Of a stretch of DNA of 18,858 nucleotides, positions 8,638 through 17,001 are shown in pieces (position 1 is the first letter of the stretch; every line of letters starts with the position of its first letter). This DNA is from an uncultured Pseudomonadota bacterium (GTDB lineage: Bacteria; SAR324; NAC60-12): NCBI GenBank assembly GCA_913020725.1, contig CAJWCD010000074.1:1-18858 (forward strand), read 5' to 3'. Under the pieces are notes generated by a model. It was not told the origin of the DNA, searched no databases, and saw nothing but the letters and a program-made list of their open reading frames with translations. Both the position numbers and the translations under genes were made by a program.

Positions 8638-9388
8638 GGGGACTGACCCCGCCGCTGACGGTGAAGACTTCCCCGGTGATGTAGCCTGCCTTGTCACTGA
8701 CAAGGTAGGACACCATGTCGGCCACATCCTGTGGTTGTCCGACTCGTCCCACGAGCGAGCGGTTTTCCGCATAGCCCTCAAAGAACTCGTCCGGATAGAT
8801 TTTCCGCAGGAAGTCGTTGTAGATCAGTCCGGGGGAGACGCAGTTGACGCGGATGCCGTGCTTGCCGTTTTCGGCGGCGGCCACGCGGGTCAGCGCGAGA
8901 ATCCCCGCCTTGGCGGCAGAGTAAGCCGCTCCGTGTTCGGTCGAGGTCTCCCACGCAGCAATCGAGGAGATGTTGATGACTACTCCGGAACGCCGCTCGA
9001 TCATCTGCGGTAATGCCTGCCTCATGCAGTTGAAGGTGCCGTTGAGGTCCACGTCAAGGCAGCGTAGCCACGTCTCCTGCGACATCTCCGCCACCGGTTC
9101 CAACTTGTTCCAGCCTGCGTTGTTGACCAGCACGTCCAGCCGTCCGTGCTGCTCGATGATTTCCTGAACTACGGCGTCCACCGCGTCAAAATCCGTCACG
9201 TCCAGCGGTTTCGACAAAAACTCGCGCCCGTGTTTTTCGGAAAGCTCTGAGGCCAGTTCGCCACAACGCCGCTCGTGCGCATCCGTGATCACGACATCAA
9301 AGCCGTCATCCGCGAGTTGCCGGGCGATGGCCGCCCCAATGCCTGCTCCTGCCGCCGCTGTGACCAGTGCCACTTTTCGTTCAGTCAT
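8630..9388 (-). CDS. Classical short-chain dehydrogenase/reductase, resembling the IpdF/Rv3559c type (252 aa)
   Basis: VTAAAGAGIG, TDAHERR, LVNNAG, NISS, catalytic YSAAK, NCVSPG. The Asp after beta-2 suggests NAD(H). Confidence 0.9.
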   Translation of the reverse strand: MTERKVALVTAAAGAGIGAAIARQLADDGFDVVITDAHERRCGELASELSEKHGREFLSKPLDVTDFDAVDAVVQEIIEQHGRLDVLVNNAGWNKLEPVAEMSQETWLRCLDVDLNGTFNCMRQALPQMIERRSGVVINISSIAAWETSTEHGAAYSAAKAGILALTRVAAAENGKHGIRVNCVSPGLIYNDFLRKIYPDEFFEGYAENRSLVGRVGQPQDVADMVSYLVSDKAGYITGEVFTVSGGVSPHA

Positions 9389-9747
9389 GTTTGTTTGGAA
9401 AAGAAAGTTCAAGAACAACGCATCCCATGTCTGTATTGAACGGGCCGTGTATCTCGCCCGGGGGACGGCTTGCGTAGTGCCCCGTTTCTAACCACAGACC
9501 AAAAGCCTGATCATTAGAGGCTGCCACTGACAATCAAGACTTCTTCGGGGTATTCATGGCTTTTCCCGCCAAAGGAGGATGTGTCCGCTCCGGGGAGAAA
9601 TCAAGTCAAACGAGTGTATTCGCCCGTGTCCACATCAATGCTTAATGTCAGTTCTTCTACAGTTCCTTCCAGACCATCAATCCATTGCCACTCCCCTTTG
9701 TGTTCTGAATGCAGTGGATTCCAGTAGGTTTCGGTTGTTTTAGCCAT
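9381..9747 (-). pseudogene. Cupin-domain protein (ChrR-like) disrupted by a nonsense codon and a +1 frameshift
   Basis: A GAGG SD precedes the ATG at 9747. The sequence reads MAKTTETYWNPL...DTGEYTRLT*FLPGADTSSFGGKSHEYPEEVLIVSGSL, then after removing one A at 9514/9515 YDQAFGLWLETGHYASRPPGEIHGPFNTDMGCVVLELSFPNKHD*. TGA is at codon 49 (9603-9601). The repaired length is 121 aa and the stop overlaps the SDR start. Confidence 0.82.
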
Positions 9748-9762
9748 TCGTTTAACCTCGTT

Positions 9763-10767
9763 TTAGTTATCCTGAAGGGCCGGGATCACCTTGCTTCCCA
9801 ACTCCTCCAAGCGGCGGATTCGCCCACCGGAAAGCAGCGCGAAGGTGATGCGGTCGATGTCGAGCTTGGCGACTTCCTTGAGCTTGGCCACGCAACTCTC
9901 GAAATTCCCGGCAACCGTGACCGATTTGACGAATTCCTCACTGACAATCTGCTTGTGCTCGGCCCGCAGGGAGAGGTGTTCCTCGTAGTGGTACGCCTGC
10001 TCGGCGGTGGTGAATTCCTCCCGGAAACGTTCCCATGCGGGTGGGACTTTCTTCCAGACCGCGAACGTTGCCGCCTGACTCGTGGCCCAGGCCCGCACAT
10101 CGTTGAGCGCCTGCTCTTCGTCATCGTCAATGCTCATGGTGACGATCAGATCAATGAGAATGTCGCTGCGCTGGCGTCCGGCCTTTTCGAGTCCCTGGTA
10201 GATGTAATCAAGTTGCCAGTTGCAGAAATCCGGATCGGCGGCTCCCATCAGGATCGCGCCGTCGCAGATTTCTCCGCAAAGCCGCAGCATTCCCGGTTGG
10301 GAGACCGCCAGATAGATTGGAATCTGTCGCCGCGCCGTGGCCATCCGCACCTTCGTGCCGTAGAGTTCGGCTTCCTCTCCGGTGAAGAGCTGGCGGAATG
10401 CGTTGATACCCTGCCGGACCTCGGCAAGTTTGTCGGGCATTTTCCCAATCGAATGCACCGCCACCCAGCCTGCGCCGAGTCCGAGCATGGCGCGGTCGTT
10501 GGAAAGCTCGTCGAGCGCAGTCGTGGCGTTGGCCGTGACTGTCGGATGTCGTGTTTGCAGGTTGGTGACGGCAGAGCCGATGTGGATTTTCTGCGTCGCC
10601 AGCGCAGCCACGTTCATCGCTGCGTAAACGTCCTTCATGCCAAGCTGGTGGTCAATGAACCACAACGCCTCAAAGCCGTTGGCCTCCACCGCTTTGGCGA
10701 TTTCAGAGACCTGATCGAAGGTTTCGCGGGGACTGACCCCACGGGAGATGCCAAATCGATTGACCAT
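9763..10767 (-). CDS. LLM-class oxidoreductase, Mer-like, probably F420-dependent
   Basis: WFIDH...DVY, IGSAVTNLQTRHPTVTANA..LDELS.DRAMLGLGAG, IPIYLA...P.MLRLCGEICDG match the Mer-like LLM pattern. F420 use is inferred from the adjacent cof/npdG genes. Confidence 0.85.
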   Translation of the reverse strand: MVNRFGISRGVSPRETFDQVSEIAKAVEANGFEALWFIDHQLGMKDVYAAMNVAALATQKIHIGSAVTNLQTRHPTVTANATTALDELSNDRAMLGLGAGWVAVHSIGKMPDKLAEVRQGINAFRQLFTGEEAELYGTKVRMATARRQIPIYLAVSQPGMLRLCGEICDGAILMGAADPDFCNWQLDYIYQGLEKAGRQRSDILIDLIVTMSIDDDEEQALNDVRAWATSQAATFAVWKKVPPAWERFREEFTTAEQAYHYEEHLSLRAEHKQIVSEEFVKSVTVAGNFESCVAKLKEVAKLDIDRITFALLSGGRIRRLEELGSKVIPALQDN

Positions 10768-11552
10768 CAGTTTTGCCTTTGTAATGCGGTGTGAATTGCG
10801 GTTGCGTAAGCTTCGGGTTGATCAACACTCAGCAAGTGCCCGGCATTGGCCACTTCCTGATAGCTGCCGTTGGGGAGTTCCGCGAGCATGATGTCGGCGG
10901 CCTTGCGGGGACAGAAGACATCCGCTGTACCTCCGATCACACTGACGGGGCACTGAATTTTTGCTAACAACGGAGTGAGCGGGTTTTCGTGCAAACGCAT
11001 CATCGCCCGTGAGGCGTTCACATAGCCACCGCCGTTACCGACCGCCTCCAGTCGTCCGGCGGTGACGGCTTCCAGATCGACTGCGGAGTTGACGATTTGC
11101 AGCGCGGTGTCTTTTTGTAACGCAGGAGCGAAGGCGTCAAAATCCTGTTCGATCATGCGAATGCGCTCATCGAAAAAACCGACCGCCTGCCGTCCGACCA
11201 CTGTTGAGGTTCCGGTAACGACCGCCGCCGTGACCAGCTCCGGACGCTGCATCGCAGTCCACAGCACAAGGGTGCCTCCGAGCGAATAGCCCACGCATTG
11301 GGCCGGGCCAGTGACTTGCTCCAGAAAGGCAATCAGGTCGCTGCCCAATTGCTCTAGTGTGCCGTCGGCCTCGCCGAGCGTGGTTTCGCCGTGCCCCCGG
11401 AAATCGTAGGCAAGGGTACGGAAATCCTCCAACCAGTCTTGCACACCGGACCAGCTTGTCTTGTCCTCGGCAAGTCCGTGGATCAGCACGACCGGAGGGC
11501 CAACGCCCTGAACCGTGTAGGCCACCTCAAGGTCTCCGAGCTGGATTTTCAT
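10767..11552 (-). CDS. Alpha/beta fold hydrolase, PcaD (enol-lactone hydrolase)-like (261 aa)
   Basis: LIHG oxyanion motif, YDFRGHG, nucleophile GYSLGG, GTAD acid and AGH histidine. ATGA overlap with the ligase stop and TGATG overlap with the LLM start. Confidence 0.88.
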   Translation of the reverse strand: MKIQLGDLEVAYTVQGVGPPVVLIHGLAEDKTSWSGVQDWLEDFRTLAYDFRGHGETTLGEADGTLEQLGSDLIAFLEQVTGPAQCVGYSLGGTLVLWTAMQRPELVTAAVVTGTSTVVGRQAVGFFDERIRMIEQDFDAFAPALQKDTALQIVNSAVDLEAVTAGRLEAVGNGGGYVNASRAMMRLHENPLTPLLAKIQCPVSVIGGTADVFCPRKAADIMLAELPNGSYQEVANAGHLLSVDQPEAYATAIHTALQRQN

Positions 11553-13207
11553 GCTGCTCCGTTTTCCGCTTCCGATGCTTTTACGATCTGATCCCGCAGG
11601 ACGGCTTTGCGAATCTTGCCCGCTGGAGTCGTGGGGAACCCGTCCACGATCCGGAGCAGTTCCGGGCAGTGGTACTTGGGCAGCCCCTTGGCTTGCAGGA
11701 AGTCGCTGAGGCTCTCCAGCGTGGGAGCTTCGCCCTTCGGAATGATCACGGCGCAAAGCCGTTCCCCCATCCGTTCGTCCGGGTAACCCACGACTGCGAC
11801 ACCGGAAACGTGGGGATGGCTCGCCAGCGCGTCTTCAATGGGCACGGGAGCGATGTTGACTCCGCCGCGGATGATCAAATCCTTGAGACGCCCCGTGATC
11901 CGGAGGTAGCCGTCTTCACTGAGGATGGCTAAATCTCCGGTGCGGAAAAAACCAGCTTCCGTCAGCAACGACTCGTAAAGCTCTTCCTGCCCGTAGTAGC
12001 CGATGAAGACTCCGGGGCCGCGCACCACCAATTCGCCTTGCTCACCCGTAGGGAGCAGTTGGTTCTCCGAGTCGAGGATTTTCATTTCCAGTCCGGGCAA
12101 GCCGACTCCGGCGGTGGTCAGGGTTTTCTCGATAGGGGTTCCGCCCAAAGCAGTGGTCAGTCCGCCTTCGGTCATGCCCCAAAGTACAGTGACGAAGGTG
12201 TTGGGGAATTGCGCTTTGGCCCTTTGCATCAGCACCGGAGGCACCTGTGCCCCGCCGCAGAGAAACCAGCGCAGTGAAGCCAATTTCGGCTGATCGCTCT
12301 TCCAGTTCGCCTCCACCAAGTCCTTGAGGAACGGCGTGGCCGCAGCGGTGAAGACACAACCATACTCCGCGATCATCGTCAGTGCCTCTTGTGGATTCCA
12401 GACGTCCTGAAGCACCAGTGGCGCGCCGTTGTAGAGCGAGAGTCTGGCCCCATGAATTGTGCCGACGCTGTGCCCCAACGGCGAGGCCATGAAGATCGGA
12501 TCATGTGGCCCTAGCGAAAAACGCTCTGTGAAGGTGAGGTTCAGTGCTGCCAGCGTGTCGGCGCTGTGCATGACCGCCTTCGGACGCCCCGTTGTGCTGG
12601 AGGTGAACATAAGGTGATCAAGCTTGGCAACACTTGGTGCAGACGGAAGTGGCTTATCCGAACTCTCCATCCAACTCTGTGAGTTTTCGCCCACGAGCAG
12701 CATATCGATGCGATGCCTGCAAAGCTGTGTGGCAGAGTGGGCGGTCTCCCCCGTGGCTGCGGAACCGTGTCGTTCCGTCGTGATGATCCCACGCGCACCC
12801 GTGAGTTCTACAACATAACAGAGGTTGTCTGCGTCAATGCGTGTGGGCAGGTTCGCAGGAATGCCACCCATCCGGAGGATCGCCAGCAGGGCGACTTGCC
12901 ACTCCACCCAGTTCGGCAGGAACAGGATGATCACCTCGCCTTCACGCAGCCCTCGCTGCCTGAGTGTGTCCGCCAATGCTCCGGATGTTGACCAGAGTTC
13001 GCTGTGCGTCAGTCGCTGTCCCCGGTTGTCCGCAACCGCCAAGTCGCCACCTCGCTTTGTGACGATGCTCGCGTAGCGGTCTTGCAGGAGTTCCCCCGTC
13101 CACCAGCCTTGCTGACGATACCCCTGCTCACGTTGCAAGGTTTTGGTTAGGGAATCACGGTTGCCCTGTTTCTTCATTACTACCATTCTTGCATTTTCAT
13201 CGGCCAT
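11549..13207 (-). CDS. AMP-forming acyl-CoA synthetase, cyclohexanecarboxylate-CoA ligase-like
   Basis: FTSSTTGRPKAVMH, SPLGH, WGMTEG, FFRTGDL, GRLKDLIIRGG, PDERMGERLCA, PTTPAGKIRK; N-terminal YRQQGWW. The start could be one of the nearby downstream ATGs. Confidence 0.88.
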   Translation of the reverse strand: MADENARMVVMKKQGNRDSLTKTLQREQGYRQQGWWTGELLQDRYASIVTKRGGDLAVADNRGQRLTHSELWSTSGALADTLRQRGLREGEVIILFLPNWVEWQVALLAILRMGGIPANLPTRIDADNLCYVVELTGARGIITTERHGSAATGETAHSATQLCRHRIDMLLVGENSQSWMESSDKPLPSAPSVAKLDHLMFTSSTTGRPKAVMHSADTLAALNLTFTERFSLGPHDPIFMASPLGHSVGTIHGARLSLYNGAPLVLQDVWNPQEALTMIAEYGCVFTAAATPFLKDLVEANWKSDQPKLASLRWFLCGGAQVPPVLMQRAKAQFPNTFVTVLWGMTEGGLTTALGGTPIEKTLTTAGVGLPGLEMKILDSENQLLPTGEQGELVVRGPGVFIGYYGQEELYESLLTEAGFFRTGDLAILSEDGYLRITGRLKDLIIRGGVNIAPVPIEDALASHPHVSGVAVVGYPDERMGERLCAVIIPKGEAPTLESLSDFLQAKGLPKYHCPELLRIVDGFPTTPAGKIRKAVLRDQIVKASEAENGAA

Positions 13208-13259
13208 CTCATGGCATGAGGCTCTATGATACCAAGGCTTTTGGGGAAATCAAGAGAGC

Positions 13260-13299
13260 GATGTCACTTTTTTTATTGTATGATGTCACTTTTTTTATT
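13260..13299. promoter_or_regulatory. Perfect 18-bp direct repeat (22-bp period), candidate operator
   Basis: GATGTCACTTTTTTTATT at 13260-13277 and 13282-13299, in the divergent intergenic region. Confidence 0.7.
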
Positions 13300-13304
13300 A
13301 TGAT
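13276..13304 (+). promoter_or_regulatory. Putative sigma70 promoter for tetR-npdG-cofE-cofD
   Basis: TTGTAT (13276-13281) - 17 bp - TATGAT (13299-13304). Confidence 0.65.
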
Positions 13305-13331
13305 CCGAATCAGATTAATCCAGATTGCAAC

Positions 13332-14030
13332 TTGGTGACGAAATTCAAGCAAGAACAGACCGTGCGGCCACTGAAGAAAAACGAAAGCCCCCTTGTCATT
13401 CCTCCCACGATCAAAGGGCAGCGCACCCGTAGTCACATCCTCAATTGTGCCCGCAAGGTTTTTGCACGGGTGGGGTACGTCACCCTGACGATGCTGGAGG
13501 TTGCCAAGGAATCCAAGGTGTCAATGGGGGCACTTTACCGCTACTTCCAGAACAAGGATGATTTATTCATCAATTTGGTCGGCAGCATCCACGAGGATCT
13601 GTTCCGAGCCAGCCGTGCCACCGAAAATGATTTTGCAGCGGACCCGTATCATGCGTTGCTAGAAGCGAACCGGGGCTACCTGACGCACTACTACGAGAAC
13701 CGCGACGTGATGCGGGCACTGATCGAGGCGACTACTGTTAACCTGCAGTTCCGGGATCTGTGGTGGCGGATGCGGAACCGTCATGTGGATCGCTTTGTTC
13801 ATGCGCTCAAACAATCGCATGGGATTGAGACTGTGGAAGGTGTGCCCGTCCGTGCCGTGACGGAGGCAATGGCCTCGCTGGTCGAACAGAGCGCGTACAC
13901 TTGGTTTGCACAGGAAAAATTGAACGCTGAACTGGTTTCAGTGGACACGGCGGCACAGGTGGTGACGAGCATCTGGTACCGAGCTTTTCTTGGTGATGAA
14001 GTGTCCACAGCTTTTTTAAAAGAAAATTGA
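13332..14030 (+). CDS. TetR/AcrR family transcriptional regulator
   Basis: KGQRTRSHILNCARKVFARVGYVTLTMLEVAKESKVSMGALYRYFQNKDDLF is a TetR HTH. The start is uncertain (TTG 13332, GTG 13335 or GTG 13362). Confidence 0.9.
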   Translation: MVTKFKQEQTVRPLKKNESPLVIPPTIKGQRTRSHILNCARKVFARVGYVTLTMLEVAKESKVSMGALYRYFQNKDDLFINLVGSIHEDLFRASRATENDFAADPYHALLEANRGYLTHYYENRDVMRALIEATTVNLQFRDLWWRMRNRHVDRFVHALKQSHGIETVEGVPVRAVTEAMASLVEQSAYTWFAQEKLNAELVSVDTAAQVVTSIWYRAFLGDEVSTAFLKEN

Positions 14031-14031
14031 A

Positions 14032-14691
14032 ATGTCAGGCACGGAACAGATGATTGCAGTGATTGGAGGAACCGGAGGTTTGGGTTCTGCCTTGGCGTAC
14101 CGCTGGGGTAAGGCGGGCCACAAGATTTTCGTGGGTTCGCGCAGTGCGGAAAAAGCCGAGCTTACTGCCGCCGAACTCAACGCACGCTTGGGAACACAGA
14201 CCGTGTGCGGCCTGACGAATCAGGAAGCAGCGGCGGCCGCAGAAATTGTGGTGCTGACGGTGCCGTTTGCCAACCACGAGGCGATTGTCGAAGACATCAC
14301 GGAAGCCGTGCAGGGCAAGATCGTGGTGGACACGACCGTTCCGCTGGTGCCTCCAAAAGTGAGCCGCGTCCAGCTTCCAGAAGGGGGATCGGTTGCCAAG
14401 CGGACTCAGGAAAATCTTGGGGAAAACGTGCGCGTGGTTTCTGCATTCCAAACCGTCGCGGCGGCGCACTTGGCCGAGGATGGGCCTGTGGAAGGCGAGG
14501 TGCTGGTGTGCGGCAACAACGTGGAGGCTCGCACGGTTATCCTAGCGCTCGTCGAAGCTGTTGGGTTGAAGGGGTGGCACGGTGGTCCCATTGACAACTC
14601 GGTGGTCAGCGAATCGCTCACGCCCCTGTTGATCTTCATCAACAAACGCTACCAGCTCAACGGGGCCGGAATCCGCATCGTCGGGCATTAG
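14032..14691 (+). CDS. npdG: NADPH-dependent F420 reductase (F420H2:NADP+ oxidoreductase)
   Basis: IAVIGGTGGLG, VGSRS.EKA, VVLTVPF, KIVVDTTVPL, VVSAFQ, ESLTPLLIFINKRY...AGIRI. Confidence 0.9.
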   Translation: MSGTEQMIAVIGGTGGLGSALAYRWGKAGHKIFVGSRSAEKAELTAAELNARLGTQTVCGLTNQEAAAAAEIVVLTVPFANHEAIVEDITEAVQGKIVVDTTVPLVPPKVSRVQLPEGGSVAKRTQENLGENVRVVSAFQTVAAAHLAEDGPVEGEVLVCGNNVEARTVILALVEAVGLKGWHGGPIDNSVVSESLTPLLIFINKRYQLNGAGIRIVGH

Positions 14692-14694
14692 CGC

Positions 14695-15486
14695 ATGACT
14701 CCCTCCAGCCGCCGCCAGCCATCGCCCCCTCTGACACTGACCGCGCTGCCCGGAATGCCGTTGGTTCGGCCCGGAGACGATTTGGTTGCAGACATTCTCA
14801 AGAGCCTGAAGCAGGCAGCACTTGTCTTGGTGGATGGGGACATTCTCGTAATCGCACAGAAAATCGTCTCCAAATCAGAGGGGCGCACTGTCAGGCTGGA
14901 GGATGTGCAACCCTCACAACGGGCACATGAGTTGGCGGAGGTGACGGGCAAGGATCCGCGTCTGGTGGAACTGATGCTCTCGGAAGCCCGCGAAATCGTG
15001 CGGCACCGCCCCGGAGTGATCATCGCAGAGAACCGGCAGGGTGTGGTGCTGGCCAATGTGGGCATTGACCATTCGAATGTCGAAGCCGATGGTGATGCCG
15101 AACAAGTGCTGCTGCTGCCTGTCGATCCGGACGCTTCGGCAGCAAGCATCCACAAAGCACTTCAGGAGCAAACCCAAGTTAACATCGCCGTGATCATCAA
15201 CGACAGCCTCGGACGCGCTTGGCGTAACGGCACCGTGGGCACGGCGCTTGGGGTGTCCGGACTGCCTGCGTTGCTGGACTTGCGGGGTCAGCCCGACCTC
15301 TTTGGGAATCCTTTGCGGGTGAGCGAACAGGCGCTTGCCGATGAACTGTCGTCTGCGGCGTCGCTGCTGCAAGGTCAGGCGGCGGAAGGCCGACCTGTCG
15401 TGTTGATCCGGGGTTATGCCGCCTCCGCTCCCCCCACTCCGGCCACGGCCTTGATCCGTCCCAAGGAAAAGGATTTGTTTCGATGA
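14695..15486 (+). CDS. cofE: Coenzyme F420-0:L-glutamate ligase, stand-alone without a nitroreductase domain
   Basis: P.VRPGDDL, QKIVSKSEGR, ANVGIDHSN, LLPVDPDASA, DSLGRAWRNG, ADELSSAA, KDLFR C-terminus. Confidence 0.93.
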   Translation: MTPSSRRQPSPPLTLTALPGMPLVRPGDDLVADILKSLKQAALVLVDGDILVIAQKIVSKSEGRTVRLEDVQPSQRAHELAEVTGKDPRLVELMLSEAREIVRHRPGVIIAENRQGVVLANVGIDHSNVEADGDAEQVLLLPVDPDASAASIHKALQEQTQVNIAVIINDSLGRAWRNGTVGTALGVSGLPALLDLRGQPDLFGNPLRVSEQALADELSSAASLLQGQAAEGRPVVLIRGYAASAPPTPATALIRPKEKDLFR

Positions 15487-16454
15487 ACACCTCGGCGGCT
15501 TCTCCAAGCGTTCTAGCACTTTCCGGAGGAATCGGCGGGGCCAAGCTCGCGCTGGGGCTGACTCAGGCCATGCCTCCTGAAAAGTTGCTGATCGTTGGCA
15601 ACACCGGAGACGATTTCGAGCATTTGGGACTGCACGTCTCCCCGGATTTGGACACGCTGATGTACACGCTTTCTGGCAAGGCCGATCCGGAAAAGGGTTG
15701 GGGCTTGGCCAGCGAATCGTGGGCGTTCATGCAGGCGCTGGAAGCCTTGGGCGGCGAGACGTGGTTTCAGTTGGGAGACGGGGATTTGGCGACGCATGTG
15801 GAGCGCACCCGCAGGCTCCGGGCAGGCGAGTCTCTCACCGAGATCACCTCGGATTTCTGCCGATGCCTAGGCATTGTGTCCCGGATTGTTCCCGTCAGTG
15901 ATGATGCGGTGCGCACCATCGTAGAAACTCCGGACGGTGATTTGGCCTTCCAGCACTACTTTGTGCGCGAACGTTGCCAGCCCACCGTGTCCGGTTTTCG
16001 CTTTCAAGGCGCGGACGCCGCGCAACCGAATCCGCTTTTTGGGGAGGCTCTTCGCAATCCATCCCTGCAAGCGGTGGTGGTTTGCCCCTCGAATCCGTTC
16101 CTCAGCATCGATCCGATTCTTGCGGTGCGAGGAGTCCGGGAGGCGTTGCGGACCTGTTCTGCGCCTGTGATCGCGGTTTCTCCGCTTGTCGGCGGCGATG
16201 CCGTCAAAGGTCCGACTGCGAAAAATCTGCGGGAACTCGGGCATCCGGTGTCCGCAACCACCGTCGCCAACTACTATCGGGACTTCCTTGACGGCTTTGT
16301 TGTGGATACGCGAGACAAAGCCACGGTTCCAGAAATCGAGAAGCTTGGGTTGAGCGTGGAAGTCACCGACACCCTGATGACCGACTTGGCATCCAAAGCG
16401 GCTCTGGCCAAAACTGTGCTGGCGTTTGCTCAACGTTGCAGAGCTAAACGGTGA
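15483..16454 (+). CDS. cofD: 2-phospho-L-lactate transferase (CofD/FbiA)
   Basis: LSGGIGGAKL, NTGDD, SPDLDT, WFQLGDGDLATH..RT, FQHYFV, PSNPFLSIDPIL, VKGP. ATGA overlap with cofE. Confidence 0.94.
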   Translation: MNTSAASPSVLALSGGIGGAKLALGLTQAMPPEKLLIVGNTGDDFEHLGLHVSPDLDTLMYTLSGKADPEKGWGLASESWAFMQALEALGGETWFQLGDGDLATHVERTRRLRAGESLTEITSDFCRCLGIVSRIVPVSDDAVRTIVETPDGDLAFQHYFVRERCQPTVSGFRFQGADAAQPNPLFGEALRNPSLQAVVVCPSNPFLSIDPILAVRGVREALRTCSAPVIAVSPLVGGDAVKGPTAKNLRELGHPVSATTVANYYRDFLDGFVVDTRDKATVPEIEKLGLSVEVTDTLMTDLASKAALAKTVLAFAQRCRAKR

Positions 16455-16473
16455 GGATGCGCTGTCGGAAAAC

Positions 16474-17001
16474 TCAATCCCCCTCAAATTCGATCAACGT
16501 CCGCACAGGCACATTCATTTCCTCCAATTTTTTTCGACCTCCAAGGTCCGGAAGATCAATGATGAAACTGGCCCCAACCACATTACCGCCTGCTTCTCTT
16601 ACAAGCTTGGTGGCCGCGCAAGCCGTGCCTCCAGTAGCAATCAAGTCATCGATCAAAATGATTTGGTCTCCCTTTTCAATGCTGTCGATATGAATCTCCA
16701 TCTCATCGGTCCCGTATTCTAATTGATACTCTGCTGAGATGGTTTGCCAGGGGAGTTTGCCTTTTTTGCGGATGGCGACAAAACCCACGGAGAGCTGATG
16801 CGCGACTGCTCCCCCCAAAATAAAACCGCGAGCTTCAATCCCGGCGACTCGGTTGACGCCCGCACCTGCAAAAGGCTGGACCAGCATGTCAATGGAATAC
16901 CGAAACCCAACGGGGTGTTGCAAAAGCGTGGTGATGTCCCGGAAGATGATTCCGGGTTTCGGGTAGTCGGGAATGGACCGGATGAGTTGTTCGAGGTTCA
17001 T
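16474..17001 (-). CDS. apt: Adenine phosphoribosyltransferase
   Basis: [34 protein letters not shown]-binding [11 protein letters not shown]. Confidence 0.96.
   Translation of the reverse strand: MNLEQLIRSIPDYPKPGIIFRDITTLLQHPVGFRYSIDMLVQPFAGAGVNRVAGIEARGFILGGAVAHQLSVGFVAIRKKGKLPWQTISAEYQLEYGTDEMEIHIDSIEKGDQIILIDDLIATGGTACAATKLVREAGGNVVGASFIIDLPDLGGRKKLEEMNVPVRTLIEFEGD

Noticed and set aside
9440..9600. GC-rich segments that first looked like REP palindromes
   Set aside because: They are explained as coding sequence of the cupin pseudogene.
9601..9603. In-frame TGA as selenocysteine or programmed readthrough
   Set aside because: The context suggests Arg (RLT-R-F) rather than Cys, and a separate frameshift also breaks the gene.
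9763..10767. True methylene-H4MPT reductase (mer) implying methanogenesis or C1 metabolism
   Set aside because: No H4MPT genes are nearby, the context is bacterial and catabolic, and Mer-like LLMs are functionally diverse.
3266..10794. Long plus-strand ORFs 3266-4339, 7576-8646 and 9709-10794, plus many shorter overlapping ORFs
   Set aside because: Antisense or alternate-frame shadows of well-supported genes in GC-rich DNA, with no recognisable motifs.
1567..11756. Extended N-termini in the ORF track (starts at 2385, 5549, 7289, 8781, 9418, 11756)
   Set aside because: They overlap upstream genes. Internal ATGs give stop/start coupling or SD sites and match where the domains begin.
11549..13207. 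NRPS adenylation domain or secondary-metabolite cluster
   Set aside because: No carrier protein, condensation or KS domain. An importer and TetR favour catabolism, though a biosynthetic role is not excluded.
6360..13299. CRISPR array from the short repeats at 6363-6387 and 13260-13299
   Set aside because: The repeats are too short and too few, with no spacers and no cas genes.
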